Source: an uncultured virus (IMG/VR IMGVR_UViG_3300017990_000011) | Lineage: Duplodnaviria > Heunggongvirae > Uroviricota > Caudoviricetes | Reading direction: 5' to 3' (one strand) | Length of the DNA: 64,000 nt | Virus record (IMG/VR): IMGVR_UViG_3300017990_000011 | Shown here: positions 1-9,550 of the stretch, one piece after another | Position numbering within the stretch: position 1 is the first letter of the stretch | Layout of the letters: each line of letters opens with the position of its first letter | Notes under the pieces: generated by a model | Seen by the model: only the letters and a program-made list of their open reading frames with translations | The model's database searches: none | What the model was told of the DNA's origin: nothing | Made by a program: the position numbers and the translations under genes

Positions 1-381
1 TGGGTACTGTGGGGGGTGCTATGGTAGCATCTCAATACAGTATGAAAGGAGGTGTATATGGACGAATCGCTACTGTGAGGCTATCGTCTAGAGGGGTAGA
101 GGTCTAAGGACCCCTACTACAATGACACCCTTAAACACGAAGGGAGCCGAAGTTGTCGTGTTATGTTGAATCACCACGATTGTTGTCTACCACTCTACTA
201 AACAATAACATCTATATGCTGAAGCAAGCATCAGCGGGACTCTACGCGCATGCGTGGGAGACCACGTACACGCGGGAGAGTACTCTCTACGCTATCCGCT
301 TCCTGACACTCATAATCTCGGACATAAGGACGAGTTAGATATATTCATATCCACAAAATCACCAACAAAGAGGAGGATATT

Positions 382-855
382 ATGACTAAGTACACAGTAG
401 TAGAATGTTTGGTAAAAGCTTGTCGCGCAATCACGCTAACCATGAAGTATGTCAAAGAGTTGGGGTACACCCAGTCGACAAAGGTGTTCGATTGTCCCGT
501 ATGCAAGACCAGAGCGTTGAAGATAGCGCAGAAGAAGGGTACCAACCCCATCGTACGCGCGTACAAAAAGGTGCTTATCTTCAAACACCCCTCTGAGGAC
601 ATCACCATAGCAGCATGTCCATGTGGGTACCGCAAGATACGCAAACCCAAAGGTTCCTCCAATTCCATCGATGCTGCTACACAAGGGATGATCCAGGGAG
701 CTAAGAATGCTGCTGAGAGACTCAGTGGTATTAAGTGTGGATGTGGTGGGGATGTACCTGAGGGTAGGACCAAGTTCTGCTATCAGTGCAGACCCAGACG
801 TAAACCTCCCACAAAGGAGGTAGATAGTCAGTCTTCTCAGAAGACCGTCTATTAG
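382..855 (+). CDS. Cys-rich basic hypothetical protein (probable zinc binding)
   Basis: SD AGGAGG upstream; CPVC, CPCG, CGCG and CYQC motifs. Confidence 0.7.
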   Translation: MTKYTVVECLVKACRAITLTMKYVKELGYTQSTKVFDCPVCKTRALKIAQKKGTNPIVRAYKKVLIFKHPSEDITIAACPCGYRKIRKPKGSSNSIDAATQGMIQGAKNAAERLSGIKCGCGGDVPEGRTKFCYQCRPRRKPPTKEVDSQSSQKTVY

Positions 856-1032
856 GATATTGGAAATGTTGAGTGATGGTACCGTTAGCTTGGTTGTTAA
901 CGGTACCACCTACACCTATGGTATGGATGCTGCTAAGCACTTCCATGTACGTGATCTAATGGAACATACACCAGGTAGAGCATTGAACTATATTAAACGA
1001 GTTGCTAATTGGAGCAGAAAGGAGATTATATC

Positions 1033-1695
1033 ATGACTAAAGTACAAGAGGAAAAGAATGAATTGATGAATGAAATTATGGACCTCATCCAAGGAATTAA
1101 TATTATGGTACAGGAAACTGGTATCCAAGATGAGTGGTCATTAATGTTTGATATTGTCAAGAAAGAATGCAACAAGTACACAACCACAAACTACGTTCTG
1201 ACTCTGCAAAACGAGGAAAAGACCGAGCTTTGCAACACTAGGAAGCTTGTGGATGTACTCCTGGCACTCGCTAACATTAGAGACCTACACTTCATGTATA
1301 CCAAAATGATACGTGGAATAGAGAGAAATAAGCATATAATGCTTGTTTCTCATGAACACAAAATCACTGAATTGAGTGGGGAAATCAACGATCTGAAGAC
1401 CAAACTCATGACCAACAATGTGTTCCCTCCGCGCCACACTATAGAACACTACATCAAGACCAATGATGTGGTAAACTGTCTCTACTACTGGGATGTGTTG
1501 AACAAATCCTTTCAGAAAGGGTTAATCCAACCTCACGCAATTGACGCTGGAGTTATCAACAAAGCTGAGATGCTCAACGCTGAAGCAATCGATTCTTGCA
1601 GTATCCTGTGGATGGATCTCAAGAAGAGATTAATCAACAAGTATCTCACCGCTATTCAGTTTGCTATGGTATATGAAGCAAACAATCAGATCTAG
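1033..1695 (+). CDS. hypothetical protein, partly coiled-coil
   Basis: Long ORF; ATG at 1033 follows SD AAGGAG. Confidence 0.7.
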   Translation: MTKVQEEKNELMNEIMDLIQGINIMVQETGIQDEWSLMFDIVKKECNKYTTTNYVLTLQNEEKTELCNTRKLVDVLLALANIRDLHFMYTKMIRGIERNKHIMLVSHEHKITELSGEINDLKTKLMTNNVFPPRHTIEHYIKTNDVVNCLYYWDVLNKSFQKGLIQPHAIDAGVINKAEMLNAEAIDSCSILWMDLKKRLINKYLTAIQFAMVYEANNQI

Positions 1696-2017
1696 GATGT
1701 AATCATGAAAGGAGGTGATGCTGTGTGATGAATCTTGATTCTAACCTTCGGGGTGTCTCCTACCGCCCCACCCTTTTACAGCTCGCTCTGCTCGCTCTCT
1801 TAAACAGTATGGTGTGTGATATTAGCTATATGGTACGATACACACTATCCGCTACCTTTAGCTCATTTGAGGTAAAGTAGGGACGGCATGAGGTGTTTGA
1901 GGTTTTGAGGTCTTGGGGGTTTCTCGGGACCGTGGGATGGGGACGGGATGGTCTCGTCTCCGATAGTACTATCTAACTGGGGTTTGATTCCCCACAACTG
2001 CCATGAAAGGAGATAAA

Positions 2018-3739
2018 ATGGCTGATGAAGCAAAGGCGGCAGAGGTCGCAAAAGAGGCAGAAGTAGTGGTACCGTTGAGGAATGAATTTCCTACACCGGC
2101 TATCACATTGGACGGTACATGGGGAACAACTGCGCTGTTTGGTTGTAATCTTGTATCACCGAAATTCCATCAGGTAATTCAGCACATTCTTGCTGGATGG
2201 GATGAGTTCAACCTGCAGATAGGCGACGCACCGAGGCACCATGGAGTGCATTCCATTATCTTCAGGGAAGATGGAAATCCCAGGAATAGCAAAGGCGAGA
2301 CTGTATTCGGTCATGCTTTGGCTACCGTTGGTGGTATGGCAATCAATCTGGAGCACGTCTTCACCAAGTCCATTGAAGATGCTATTGAGGCTTCAGAGGA
2401 TTACCCCACGACGTCCATCTATTGCAATATCTGGCATCACATGATATTGACAGTAGTTCATGAAATGCATCATCTGTCAGCGATGTATAATGATCCGGCA
2501 GGGGTACTGGAAAACGAGGAGAAAGATGCATCTCTATTCTCCATGGATTTCAGCTACTTCCTGGCTCAGAATTATGACATTGAGCCGCCGGCATTGGCAG
2601 AAGAACCTCTCTTCGGTAAGAAAGTCCTTGAGATGCTTCAGGAGTTCGCTTCTGATGAGGCAGCCAAGGATGATGAGGTGGAGTTCTACAAGAAACAGCA
2701 GATGATGTCGCTGGAAGGTATCATGTTCTGGGTGAAAGGTGAGGAAGAAGGTGAGGATCGCATTCTGAAATCCTTCCGTGAATTCCTGCATTGGACATCT
2801 CAGGACGAAGCTGATGACCCCAAGTGGGCTAAGCTGTATACCACGGCTGAACCTGCTCAGGCATCTGCAACACCGGCACCTGCTCCGGCTGAGGCTGCGG
2901 CACCAGTGGTTGAGACACCTGCAGTGGCTCAGGATGCTGTTGAGGTCAATGCGTACACAGGTGAGGAGACCTATGTTCCTGATCTGGATCCGTATATGGA
3001 TGCATTGGAAGATGAGATTCCATGGGATACCACACCGGCGCCCGCTATGGCGGCAGCAGGTGGGGCGGCTGCATCAATCACGCAACCGGCAGCGGCGGCT
3101 CCGGCACCTGCACCAGCACCGGCAGTAGCGGCACCGGCAGCAGTAGATCCAGCGTTGATGCCCAACTCATCGGGTATGGCACACGGCTTGAGTCCCGCTC
3201 AGGTTGGTGAGACATGTATGGCAGTCTATCGTAGGCTGTTCAACCACATGTTCACAGTGTGCGGACAAGTGAAGATCGACAGCAACACCATCCGTCCTGA
3301 TGGTCAAGATAATGGGTGTGGTGGATTCAATGCATACACTGCGTTGCAGACACCTGTTCCGATTTCGGACATTCCGAATGCGGAAAAGATCTTCGTCCAG
3401 ATGGATGCCAAGGTCAATGGCAGGTGGTCTAAAGGCGTTGCTATCACAGGTAGCGTCATTGGTTCCGATACTGGGAACAAGACCATGCTTCCGAAGTATG
3501 ACCTGTACATCATCAACGATCAGGGGCATATGGAAAAGCGTACGTTGCTTCCTCAGAACCCTTGGAAGACGAAGATGGGTGCAGATGGTATCACACCTGA
3601 ATTCTCCAAGCCAGCAGTTGAGGCTCAGAATGGCAAACGTATTATGTACATCTATGCGGGTAATGTCATGAAGCTCAAACTGTTGTGGGAAAACGGGCGT
3701 GAGTGGATTGAAGACGCTAACTGGAACGTAATCGGTTAG
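2018..3739 (+). CDS. large hypothetical protein with HExxH (zincin-like) motif and Ala/Pro-rich linker
   Basis: VVHEMHHL motif; PAPAPA-type linkers; SD AAGGAG before ATG 2018. Confidence 0.65.
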   Translation: MADEAKAAEVAKEAEVVVPLRNEFPTPAITLDGTWGTTALFGCNLVSPKFHQVIQHILAGWDEFNLQIGDAPRHHGVHSIIFREDGNPRNSKGETVFGHALATVGGMAINLEHVFTKSIEDAIEASEDYPTTSIYCNIWHHMILTVVHEMHHLSAMYNDPAGVLENEEKDASLFSMDFSYFLAQNYDIEPPALAEEPLFGKKVLEMLQEFASDEAAKDDEVEFYKKQQMMSLEGIMFWVKGEEEGEDRILKSFREFLHWTSQDEADDPKWAKLYTTAEPAQASATPAPAPAEAAAPVVETPAVAQDAVEVNAYTGEETYVPDLDPYMDALEDEIPWDTTPAPAMAAAGGAAASITQPAAAAPAPAPAPAVAAPAAVDPALMPNSSGMAHGLSPAQVGETCMAVYRRLFNHMFTVCGQVKIDSNTIRPDGQDNGCGGFNAYTALQTPVPISDIPNAEKIFVQMDAKVNGRWSKGVAITGSVIGSDTGNKTMLPKYDLYIINDQGHMEKRTLLPQNPWKTKMGADGITPEFSKPAVEAQNGKRIMYIYAGNVMKLKLLWENGREWIEDANWNVIG

Positions 3740-4119
3740 TGCATCCCATTAAGGGACTCGTGTGCGGCTCTTCTCAGGGTAAGCTAGTCGTCAAGCTTGC
3801 TACTGGGGAGACCGCACGTGTACCTAAGCGAGAAGGTATTATGGTTGGCGACAACGTGTTATTGGGTTATGATTTCGGCACTGGTCGAATCAATCACATT
3901 ATTCCCAATCAGCACGGTGCGTTGAGGGAAAAGCACGAACCTCAGGTTAAATACGAACGACCTAGCGAAGAACCTTTAGGAGAGCAACCATCCTTTGAGG
4001 ATATGGGGGTTCTCTTACAGGGTAATGAGGAGTTTGAGGAACTTGAGGTCGATGATTTTGAGGTTTTGAGGTTTCTCTCACAGGGTAGTGAGGACAGTGG
4101 GTTCTCAACGGGGGAATAA
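3739..4119 (+). CDS. hypothetical protein with acidic C-terminus
   Basis: GTG start overlaps the upstream stop codon. Confidence 0.55.
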   Translation: MHPIKGLVCGSSQGKLVVKLATGETARVPKREGIMVGDNVLLGYDFGTGRINHIIPNQHGALREKHEPQVKYERPSEEPLGEQPSFEDMGVLLQGNEEFEELEVDDFEVLRFLSQGSEDSGFSTGE

Positions 4120-4171
4120 TCCCCAAACGTATTACTTATTATTTGCCATTTGGCAGAAAGTGAGGCAACAC

Positions 4172-5038
4172 ATGGGTAGAGCAATTGGTATGAAAAAGGC
4201 AGAGTTGATCGGTGCACGCATTGCAGGGAAACATGATCCCAATGCACCCAAGCACATGATCTACGTTCCGGCGCACATGAAAGCTGGCAACTTCATCAGT
4301 CAGCGTGTGTCGTTCAGCGTGTACGTGAATGCCAACCGTGGGAAGAAAGATCCCGCAACTGGCAAGGTGCAGGCAGACAACTTTAACTGCACCGCTTGGG
4401 GCAAGCTGGCTGATGCCATCGCTCGTGGCGGTTCGGTTGGTCGTGCGTTTGATCTGTTCTGTACACCCACGTCTTACCTGAAACCCATCGTTGATGCGGC
4501 CGGCAATCCCGTCATGAATCGCAATGGTACGCAGTTGCAGATTCCCACGGTATCCTTCCGTGTTGATGACATGATCTTTGGCGAAGAGGCGACATCTGTT
4601 GTTGCCAATGAGGTCGCTCAAGGTCTTCGTCCTGCTGGCTGGAATAATCCGGCTGATCAGCAGGCTCAGGCAGTCTGGCGTCAAACGTGTGCGCAGCACA
4701 ATGCGCAGGTTCCCAATTTTCAGATGGGTACCTTCGTTAACGCAAGGATCATCATGCCTTCAGGCGTCGGCATTCAGCTTGTCGATCCTGAAACCAGGCA
4801 GCCCATTAATGTTCAGGCTCCGGTAGCAGGTACAGTACCGGGCGTGGCAGCCAATGTGGGTACTGTAATGCCTGGTCAACCTGCACCGGCATACACGGCT
4901 CCGGCCCCGGCAGCACCAGCACCTGCGGCTCCAGCAGTTCCCGCAGGGTATGTGCTCCAGGCTGATGGTACAATGGTACCGGCAGCCTCTACTCCGGCGG
5001 CGGCAGCTCCGGCTCCAGCAGCAGGTGCGGTGTACTAA
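4172..5038 (+). CDS. ssb: single-stranded DNA-binding protein-like (OB fold) with Ala/Pro-rich tail
   Basis: RVSFSVYVN...ADNFNCTAWGKLADAIAR resembles the SSB F-x-x-x-x-W-G-K-x-A-E motif; SD GAGG before ATG 4172. Confidence 0.65.
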   Translation: MGRAIGMKKAELIGARIAGKHDPNAPKHMIYVPAHMKAGNFISQRVSFSVYVNANRGKKDPATGKVQADNFNCTAWGKLADAIARGGSVGRAFDLFCTPTSYLKPIVDAAGNPVMNRNGTQLQIPTVSFRVDDMIFGEEATSVVANEVAQGLRPAGWNNPADQQAQAVWRQTCAQHNAQVPNFQMGTFVNARIIMPSGVGIQLVDPETRQPINVQAPVAGTVPGVAANVGTVMPGQPAPAYTAPAPAAPAPAAPAVPAGYVLQADGTMVPAASTPAAAAPAPAAGAVY

Positions 5039-5074
5039 TAGGGTATTATGAGTACTCTGTAAGTGCACACAAAT

Positions 5075-5113
5075 GGGTATCCCTGGCTTCGGCCGGGGGT
5101 ACCCCATTTTTTT
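5075..5113 (+). terminator. intrinsic terminator
   Basis: GGGTATCCCTGGC-TTCG-GCCGGGGGTACCC stem with C(UUCG)G loop, followed by a T run. Confidence 0.85.
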
Positions 5114-5323
5114 GTGGTTATACAGAATTTGTTTGTTTGAGGTGAGGATATGGCATACCAAGATTGTTCGGCCTTACACAGCTTTTACATGTATATAGGA
5201 CTGTATACAGCATTTGTTTTCTGAGGCGAGGCTGAGATCCTGGGGGAGGGAGGTCGGTCTTAAGGACCGGCATTTCCATTTAACGCGCGACCTGAGGCAA
5301 AGTAGAATAGTAATAGTATAGTA

Positions 5324-5509
5324 TTAGTCATCTAGTGATTGAGTGTAGTCGTATGTAATGCCGAGCTTGATGAGTTCACGGATCGCCTCTGATTGTGAAT
5401 GTATATTATGTTGTCTTTGAAAGTTCTTGATAGCTACGTCCAATTTGTCGTCGCACCGAAAGTTTTTGGGGTTCTTATCTTTACCACCATGCTTTGCATC
5501 TGATCTCAT
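5324..5509 (-). CDS. ribbon-helix-helix DNA-binding protein
   Basis: KNFRCDDKLDVAIKNFQRQHNIHSQSEAIRELIKLGI has RHH strand-helix-helix spacing (S-E-A-I-R-x-L-I); SD GGAG 6 nt before ATG 5509. Confidence 0.7.
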   Translation of the reverse strand: MRSDAKHGGKDKNPKNFRCDDKLDVAIKNFQRQHNIHSQSEAIRELIKLGITYDYTQSLDD

Positions 5510-5524
5510 TGCAGTCTCCATTGT

Positions 5525-5670
5525 GTATTACATCTCCTGAGGTGTATTACATCTTAGGTGTATTACATGTAATACATGTATTACATCTTAGGTGTATTAC
5601 ATCTTCCTAATAGGTGTATTACATCTTCGGTAGACATGTATTACATCTTTACCGAAGGTGTATTACATCT
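5525..5670. repeat. iteron/operator-like array of GTATTACAT
   Basis: Direct copies at 5525, 5544, 5560, 5578, 5594, 5616, 5638 and 5660; one inverted copy forms the palindrome GTATTACATGTAATAC (5560-5575). Confidence 0.9.
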
Positions 5671-5738
5671 TCATTAATTCTTTTCTACATACAATATAAG
5701 CACTAAATCCTAAATGTCAAGCCCAAAAGGAGAAAAAA

Positions 5739-6260
5739 GTGTCTGAGCCATTAAAAACATACACTGTTCATGACCCACATCAAGACTACCAGACTGGGTA
5801 CAACTATCATCACCGGCCAATAGAACCTGGTGGCTGGATTCTAATGATAATAACAGTATTTATAATAGGTTGGGTCATATTCTACAAACTGATGAACTGG
5901 TGGGATAACCTAGGTATGCCATACGCATACAACAGAGGGCCCAATGACAAGTACTATGACTATAATAATAGTAATACTAGTATCTTAACTGGTGTCAATG
6001 ACCAGTACGATAACGAACAGAAGGCTAAACCTCAGGCCAAGAAGTGGGTGAACCACCTATATAAGCCTAAACCAGTGGTACCACCGCGTATGTTTGTAGC
6101 TGGTAGAATGAACGGTAAACCCTTCCAAATGGAGGGTGAACCAGAGCTAAATGGTCTTACTTGGGCAGAAAAGAACCGATATTGCGAACAAAATCACATA
6201 TATGGAGCTAAACGCAAGAAATTGATGAACGAAACCGAAGATGAAGATATTTTCAGCTAA
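5739..6260 (+). CDS. hypothetical single-pass membrane protein
   Basis: SD AAGGAG; hydrophobic segment WILMIITVFIIGWVIF. Confidence 0.65.
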   Translation: MSEPLKTYTVHDPHQDYQTGYNYHHRPIEPGGWILMIITVFIIGWVIFYKLMNWWDNLGMPYAYNRGPNDKYYDYNNSNTSILTGVNDQYDNEQKAKPQAKKWVNHLYKPKPVVPPRMFVAGRMNGKPFQMEGEPELNGLTWAEKNRYCEQNHIYGAKRKKLMNETEDEDIFS

Positions 6261-6424
6261 TATGTGAAAACTAAAAGATTTTAGCAACTTGAGGTGAAAT
6301 TATGAACACTACAGCACTTATTTTCATGGGTTTTGGACTGCTGTGTTTGCTGGTATCACAACTGCTGAAAGCCGAGGACCACCGAAGGAGCAGACGCAAG
6401 AACAAGGACTTCAAGTACTAGAGA

Positions 6425-6740
6425 GATACTAATACTATGCACAGCGAGGGGGTAGCGATACTAATACTATGATATTACTACTACTATCGATCGATTGTAT
6501 CAACAAAAATAGATGTGTGTCGATCGATGAAACTTTCGACGTCGATTATTGTGTCGATCGAGCACCCCACAAGGTGTAATTACAGGATGTATTACATGTA
6601 ATACAAAATAATATAGTAGTAATAATATAATAATAATCGTAGTATTAGTGATGTCATCGTAGTATTAGTGATGTCATAGTGGTGGTGGCATAGCAGTAGT
6701 GGTATCGTAGTATGAGTGATGCTGGTATCGCTATGCTCGT
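6425..6740. repeat. non-coding region with direct and inverted repeats
   Basis: GATACTAATACTATG twice; ATCGTAGTATTAGTGATGTC twice in tandem; several TCGATCGA palindromes; GTATTACATGTAATAC at about 6589. Confidence 0.7.
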
Positions 6741-6886
6741 GTCTGGTGTTGTTGTAATACAAGTGGTGAAACCACAGGTACGAGTGGACAGTGGTGTACT
6801 CTATACTATTATACTATTGTATAGGTGATATCGGATACAAATTTTCAGCGCGGATTTTGAAAACTGTTAAATAACAGGAGGTTGTT

Positions 6887-7222
6887 ATGGATAAAAGAAT
6901 ATGGACATTTGACAAAGCAGTGATGTTATACAGATTATTGGTGTTGTATTTCGGGCCATATAAAGACTGGGAACTAACAACGTATCCAAAGAGGGACCCT
7001 AAAGATAGAGAGCAATACGAGAAGTTCTGTGATGATATGGCCAGATTGTTTGGGGCCAAGTCTGGTGAAGCAATTAAGAACCAGGTAGCATGGGCTACTA
7101 CGGAACAGACCAGTATCGAGGGTGGTTATATAGAAACCTGGTATCGTAATTCTGTTGCAGCCAAAGAGGCTGGCTTCATTGGTACTGAGCTATTACCTAA
7201 AACTATATTATGTGAATATTAA
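6887..7222 (+). CDS. hypothetical protein
   Basis: SD CAGGAGG; 111-aa ORF. Confidence 0.65.
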   Translation: MDKRIWTFDKAVMLYRLLVLYFGPYKDWELTTYPKRDPKDREQYEKFCDDMARLFGAKSGEAIKNQVAWATTEQTSIEGGYIETWYRNSVAAKEAGFIGTELLPKTILCEY

Positions 7223-7481
7223 CTGAATTTCTTTATATAACAGTAATATAGTGGTAGTATAGTAGGAGGTGTATCATGTTCTTCTTCGTGTATATGTGTA
7301 TGTGTATGCTGGTATTCACGGTGGCGTGTGGGACTGATACGAGTGTGATTGAAAGGGTAGTCTTCCTAGCCTTCTCCTATACTCTATATGGTATTGTTGA
7401 ATTGTTTCTTTACTTAGGTGATATCGGAAGCAAACTTTTAGCGCGCGGGATGAAAATACTTAGATAACAGGGAGATATGTT

Positions 7482-7697
7482 ATGGGATTAGATCTATTCG
7501 GAGTTGAATCACCGACCGGCTGTGTCCATCTAGCAGAAGACGCTGGTATGAAGGACAAATCCCTTGTTATGCCGTACTGTAATAGTATGACATGGCGTGG
7601 TGATTACTGGGGTAAGCGTTGGAAACGTGTAAAGAAACCAATCACTTGTAAGAACTGCCTTGCTAAATTCAAAAAGAATGGCACATGCTATTGTTGA
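7482..7697 (+). CDS. small H...C...CxxC zinc-finger-like protein
   Basis: CVHL...YCNS...ITCKNCL, shared with ORFs at 20346 and 39135. Confidence 0.6.
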   Translation: MGLDLFGVESPTGCVHLAEDAGMKDKSLVMPYCNSMTWRGDYWGKRWKRVKKPITCKNCLAKFKKNGTCYC

Positions 7698-7891
7698 AGG
7701 AGATATAATGAGGTGTTTATGAAGAGACGTCTAATAGTACTTACATTGGTACTGATACTTATACCATTGATGGAGCGACCAGGTAATATGCTTATGGCTG
7801 CGGTACACTTCTTCGTTATCTATAATATAGTTGTCAATGGCATGAGAGTGGCAACTACAGGTCATAGTTTGTAAGATTACAGGAGGTTAGT

Positions 7892-8296
7892 ATGACAAGA
7901 TTTCCTATAAGTAGGGATCCAGTTGGTCTGTTTAATACAGTGGTAGGTGAGCCGCCAGCATACAAGATACCGTCTTGTTTTAGTACATGTGTTCTTGATG
8001 TATGTATATATGATGACTGCACAGCATATAGACGAGTTCTTAAGGAAGACAAGGGGTTAGATATAACTCTGACTCCAGAAGAAGCAGCAGAATTTGAGCG
8101 CGAGCAAGCCGAAGAGGCGGCTGAAATGGAAGAACAAGCCAAGGCTGAGCGGACTTGTGTTGGTGAAGGTTGTGGTTGGTGCATGTTGATAAACGCAGTT
8201 GGTGTGAAGACATACACCTGTAATTTCGAAGGATCACCTGCTCACGGCCTTGTTTTCGTTGTAAGCCATCGCGTATGTGAAGAGATGTATGACTAA
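7892..8296 (+). CDS. Cys-rich hypothetical protein
   Basis: SD CAGGAGG; multiple Cys pairs. Confidence 0.6.
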   Translation: MTRFPISRDPVGLFNTVVGEPPAYKIPSCFSTCVLDVCIYDDCTAYRRVLKEDKGLDITLTPEEAAEFEREQAEEAAEMEEQAKAERTCVGEGCGWCMLINAVGVKTYTCNFEGSPAHGLVFVVSHRVCEEMYD

Positions 8297-8696
8297 CAAT
8301 AACAGTAGTATAGGAGTATAGTATGACAGTAGCAGGGGTATTATTCGCACTTATATTTCTATCACCATTCCTACTCATACTTGGCTATATAATATGGATG
8401 GGTGTTAGTGATTGGTGGAACTACAGAGCGGACAAAGATAAGCTGGTTGTACTAGCATTGTCAGGTTCTATGTCATTAGGCTGTACTTTTATCTTTACAC
8501 TGTGGCTTATGGCGAAAGGAAAGCTTTGATGAAACAATCCAAGACTTTAGCTGAGTGTATGCAGGACTTGCATGATACTTGGGCTGCTTTATTCTATGTA
8601 TCATATGGTGTCCTTTATGGATACTATGTTAGATATATACTATGGTACCGGCGGAATATTACCGGCCGGCCAAAATACTACAAATAACAGGAGGTT

Positions 8697-9161
8697 GTGA
8701 TGGGATATATACTGACTTTGTTTATTATTTGGCTGTTCATTCAAACGCTTACATTCATCTATGATAGGAAGAACATCGCCTTCTCTATGATAATATGCTT
8801 TATTTTCGGCGCATGTTTTGTAGCCATACCAGTGATTGGATCATACATCAACTATGTTAGTATGATGAAGACCAAGGCACAGCTGACTCAATATGCTGAT
8901 TCCATTGAGATATATTATAATAAGGGCGTCGAGAAGATGGCATCAGCTAACACCGGCAGTAATGAGATCACCGACTTTAAGTACGGCAAATACCAGGAAG
9001 GTATAACTGTGCTGCTCAGGGAATATCGAGGGAAAGCAGCATCTTATAATAAAAACCTAGCCGGTAAGCTAGTGATGAACAACTCATGGTATTGGAACTG
9101 GCTCATCTTCGTACCAGAGAACACCACACCAGTTGAGATGGCTGAATATCTAAAGGAATAA
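8697..9161 (+). CDS. hypothetical membrane protein
   Basis: Two N-terminal hydrophobic helices; SD CAGGAGG. Confidence 0.65.
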   Translation: MMGYILTLFIIWLFIQTLTFIYDRKNIAFSMIICFIFGACFVAIPVIGSYINYVSMMKTKAQLTQYADSIEIYYNKGVEKMASANTGSNEITDFKYGKYQEGITVLLREYRGKAASYNKNLAGKLVMNNSWYWNWLIFVPENTTPVEMAEYLKE

Positions 9162-9356
9162 GGAGGTTATATGACATCTGACTTACCGCATAACTATGCT
9201 ACATGTGCATTCAGATGTGCTAAGGCTAAGCGTTGCTTTACCATGGGCGGTGAGCATCACGTCTACAAGTGTAAGAACAAGCAGTCTGACCACTTCGATC
9301 ACTATTTTGGAGAGAAGCACCGCATATGTGTGCACCTGGTTAAGAAAAAAGAATAG

Positions 9357-9550
9357 TGTAATACATGTAATACACAATGAAGGTGTAATACAATAAAGAT
9401 GTAATACATGTAATACAAAACTGCACCAAAATGCACTAAAAATGCACCGATATAAGGAGGTGATATAACAGTAGTTTTTTTAGCATCGGGATGGTCTGGT
9501 AATTTTAGTAATAATATAGTATAGTTATAGTGTAATACATGTAATACACC
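9357..9550. repeat. second cluster of TGTAATACA (reverse complement of the 5525 array motif)
   Basis: TGTAATACATGTAATACA at about 9358, 9400 and 9531, plus a single copy near 9384, all in intergenic DNA. Confidence 0.8.

Noticed and set aside
2850..5030. GCACCG/GCTCCG repeats and their antisense ORFs
   Set aside because: Explained by Ala/Pro linkers in the + strand proteins.
5525..5670. GTATTACAT array as CRISPR
   Set aside because: Repeat core is only 9-14 nt with 16-22 nt periodicity, far too short.
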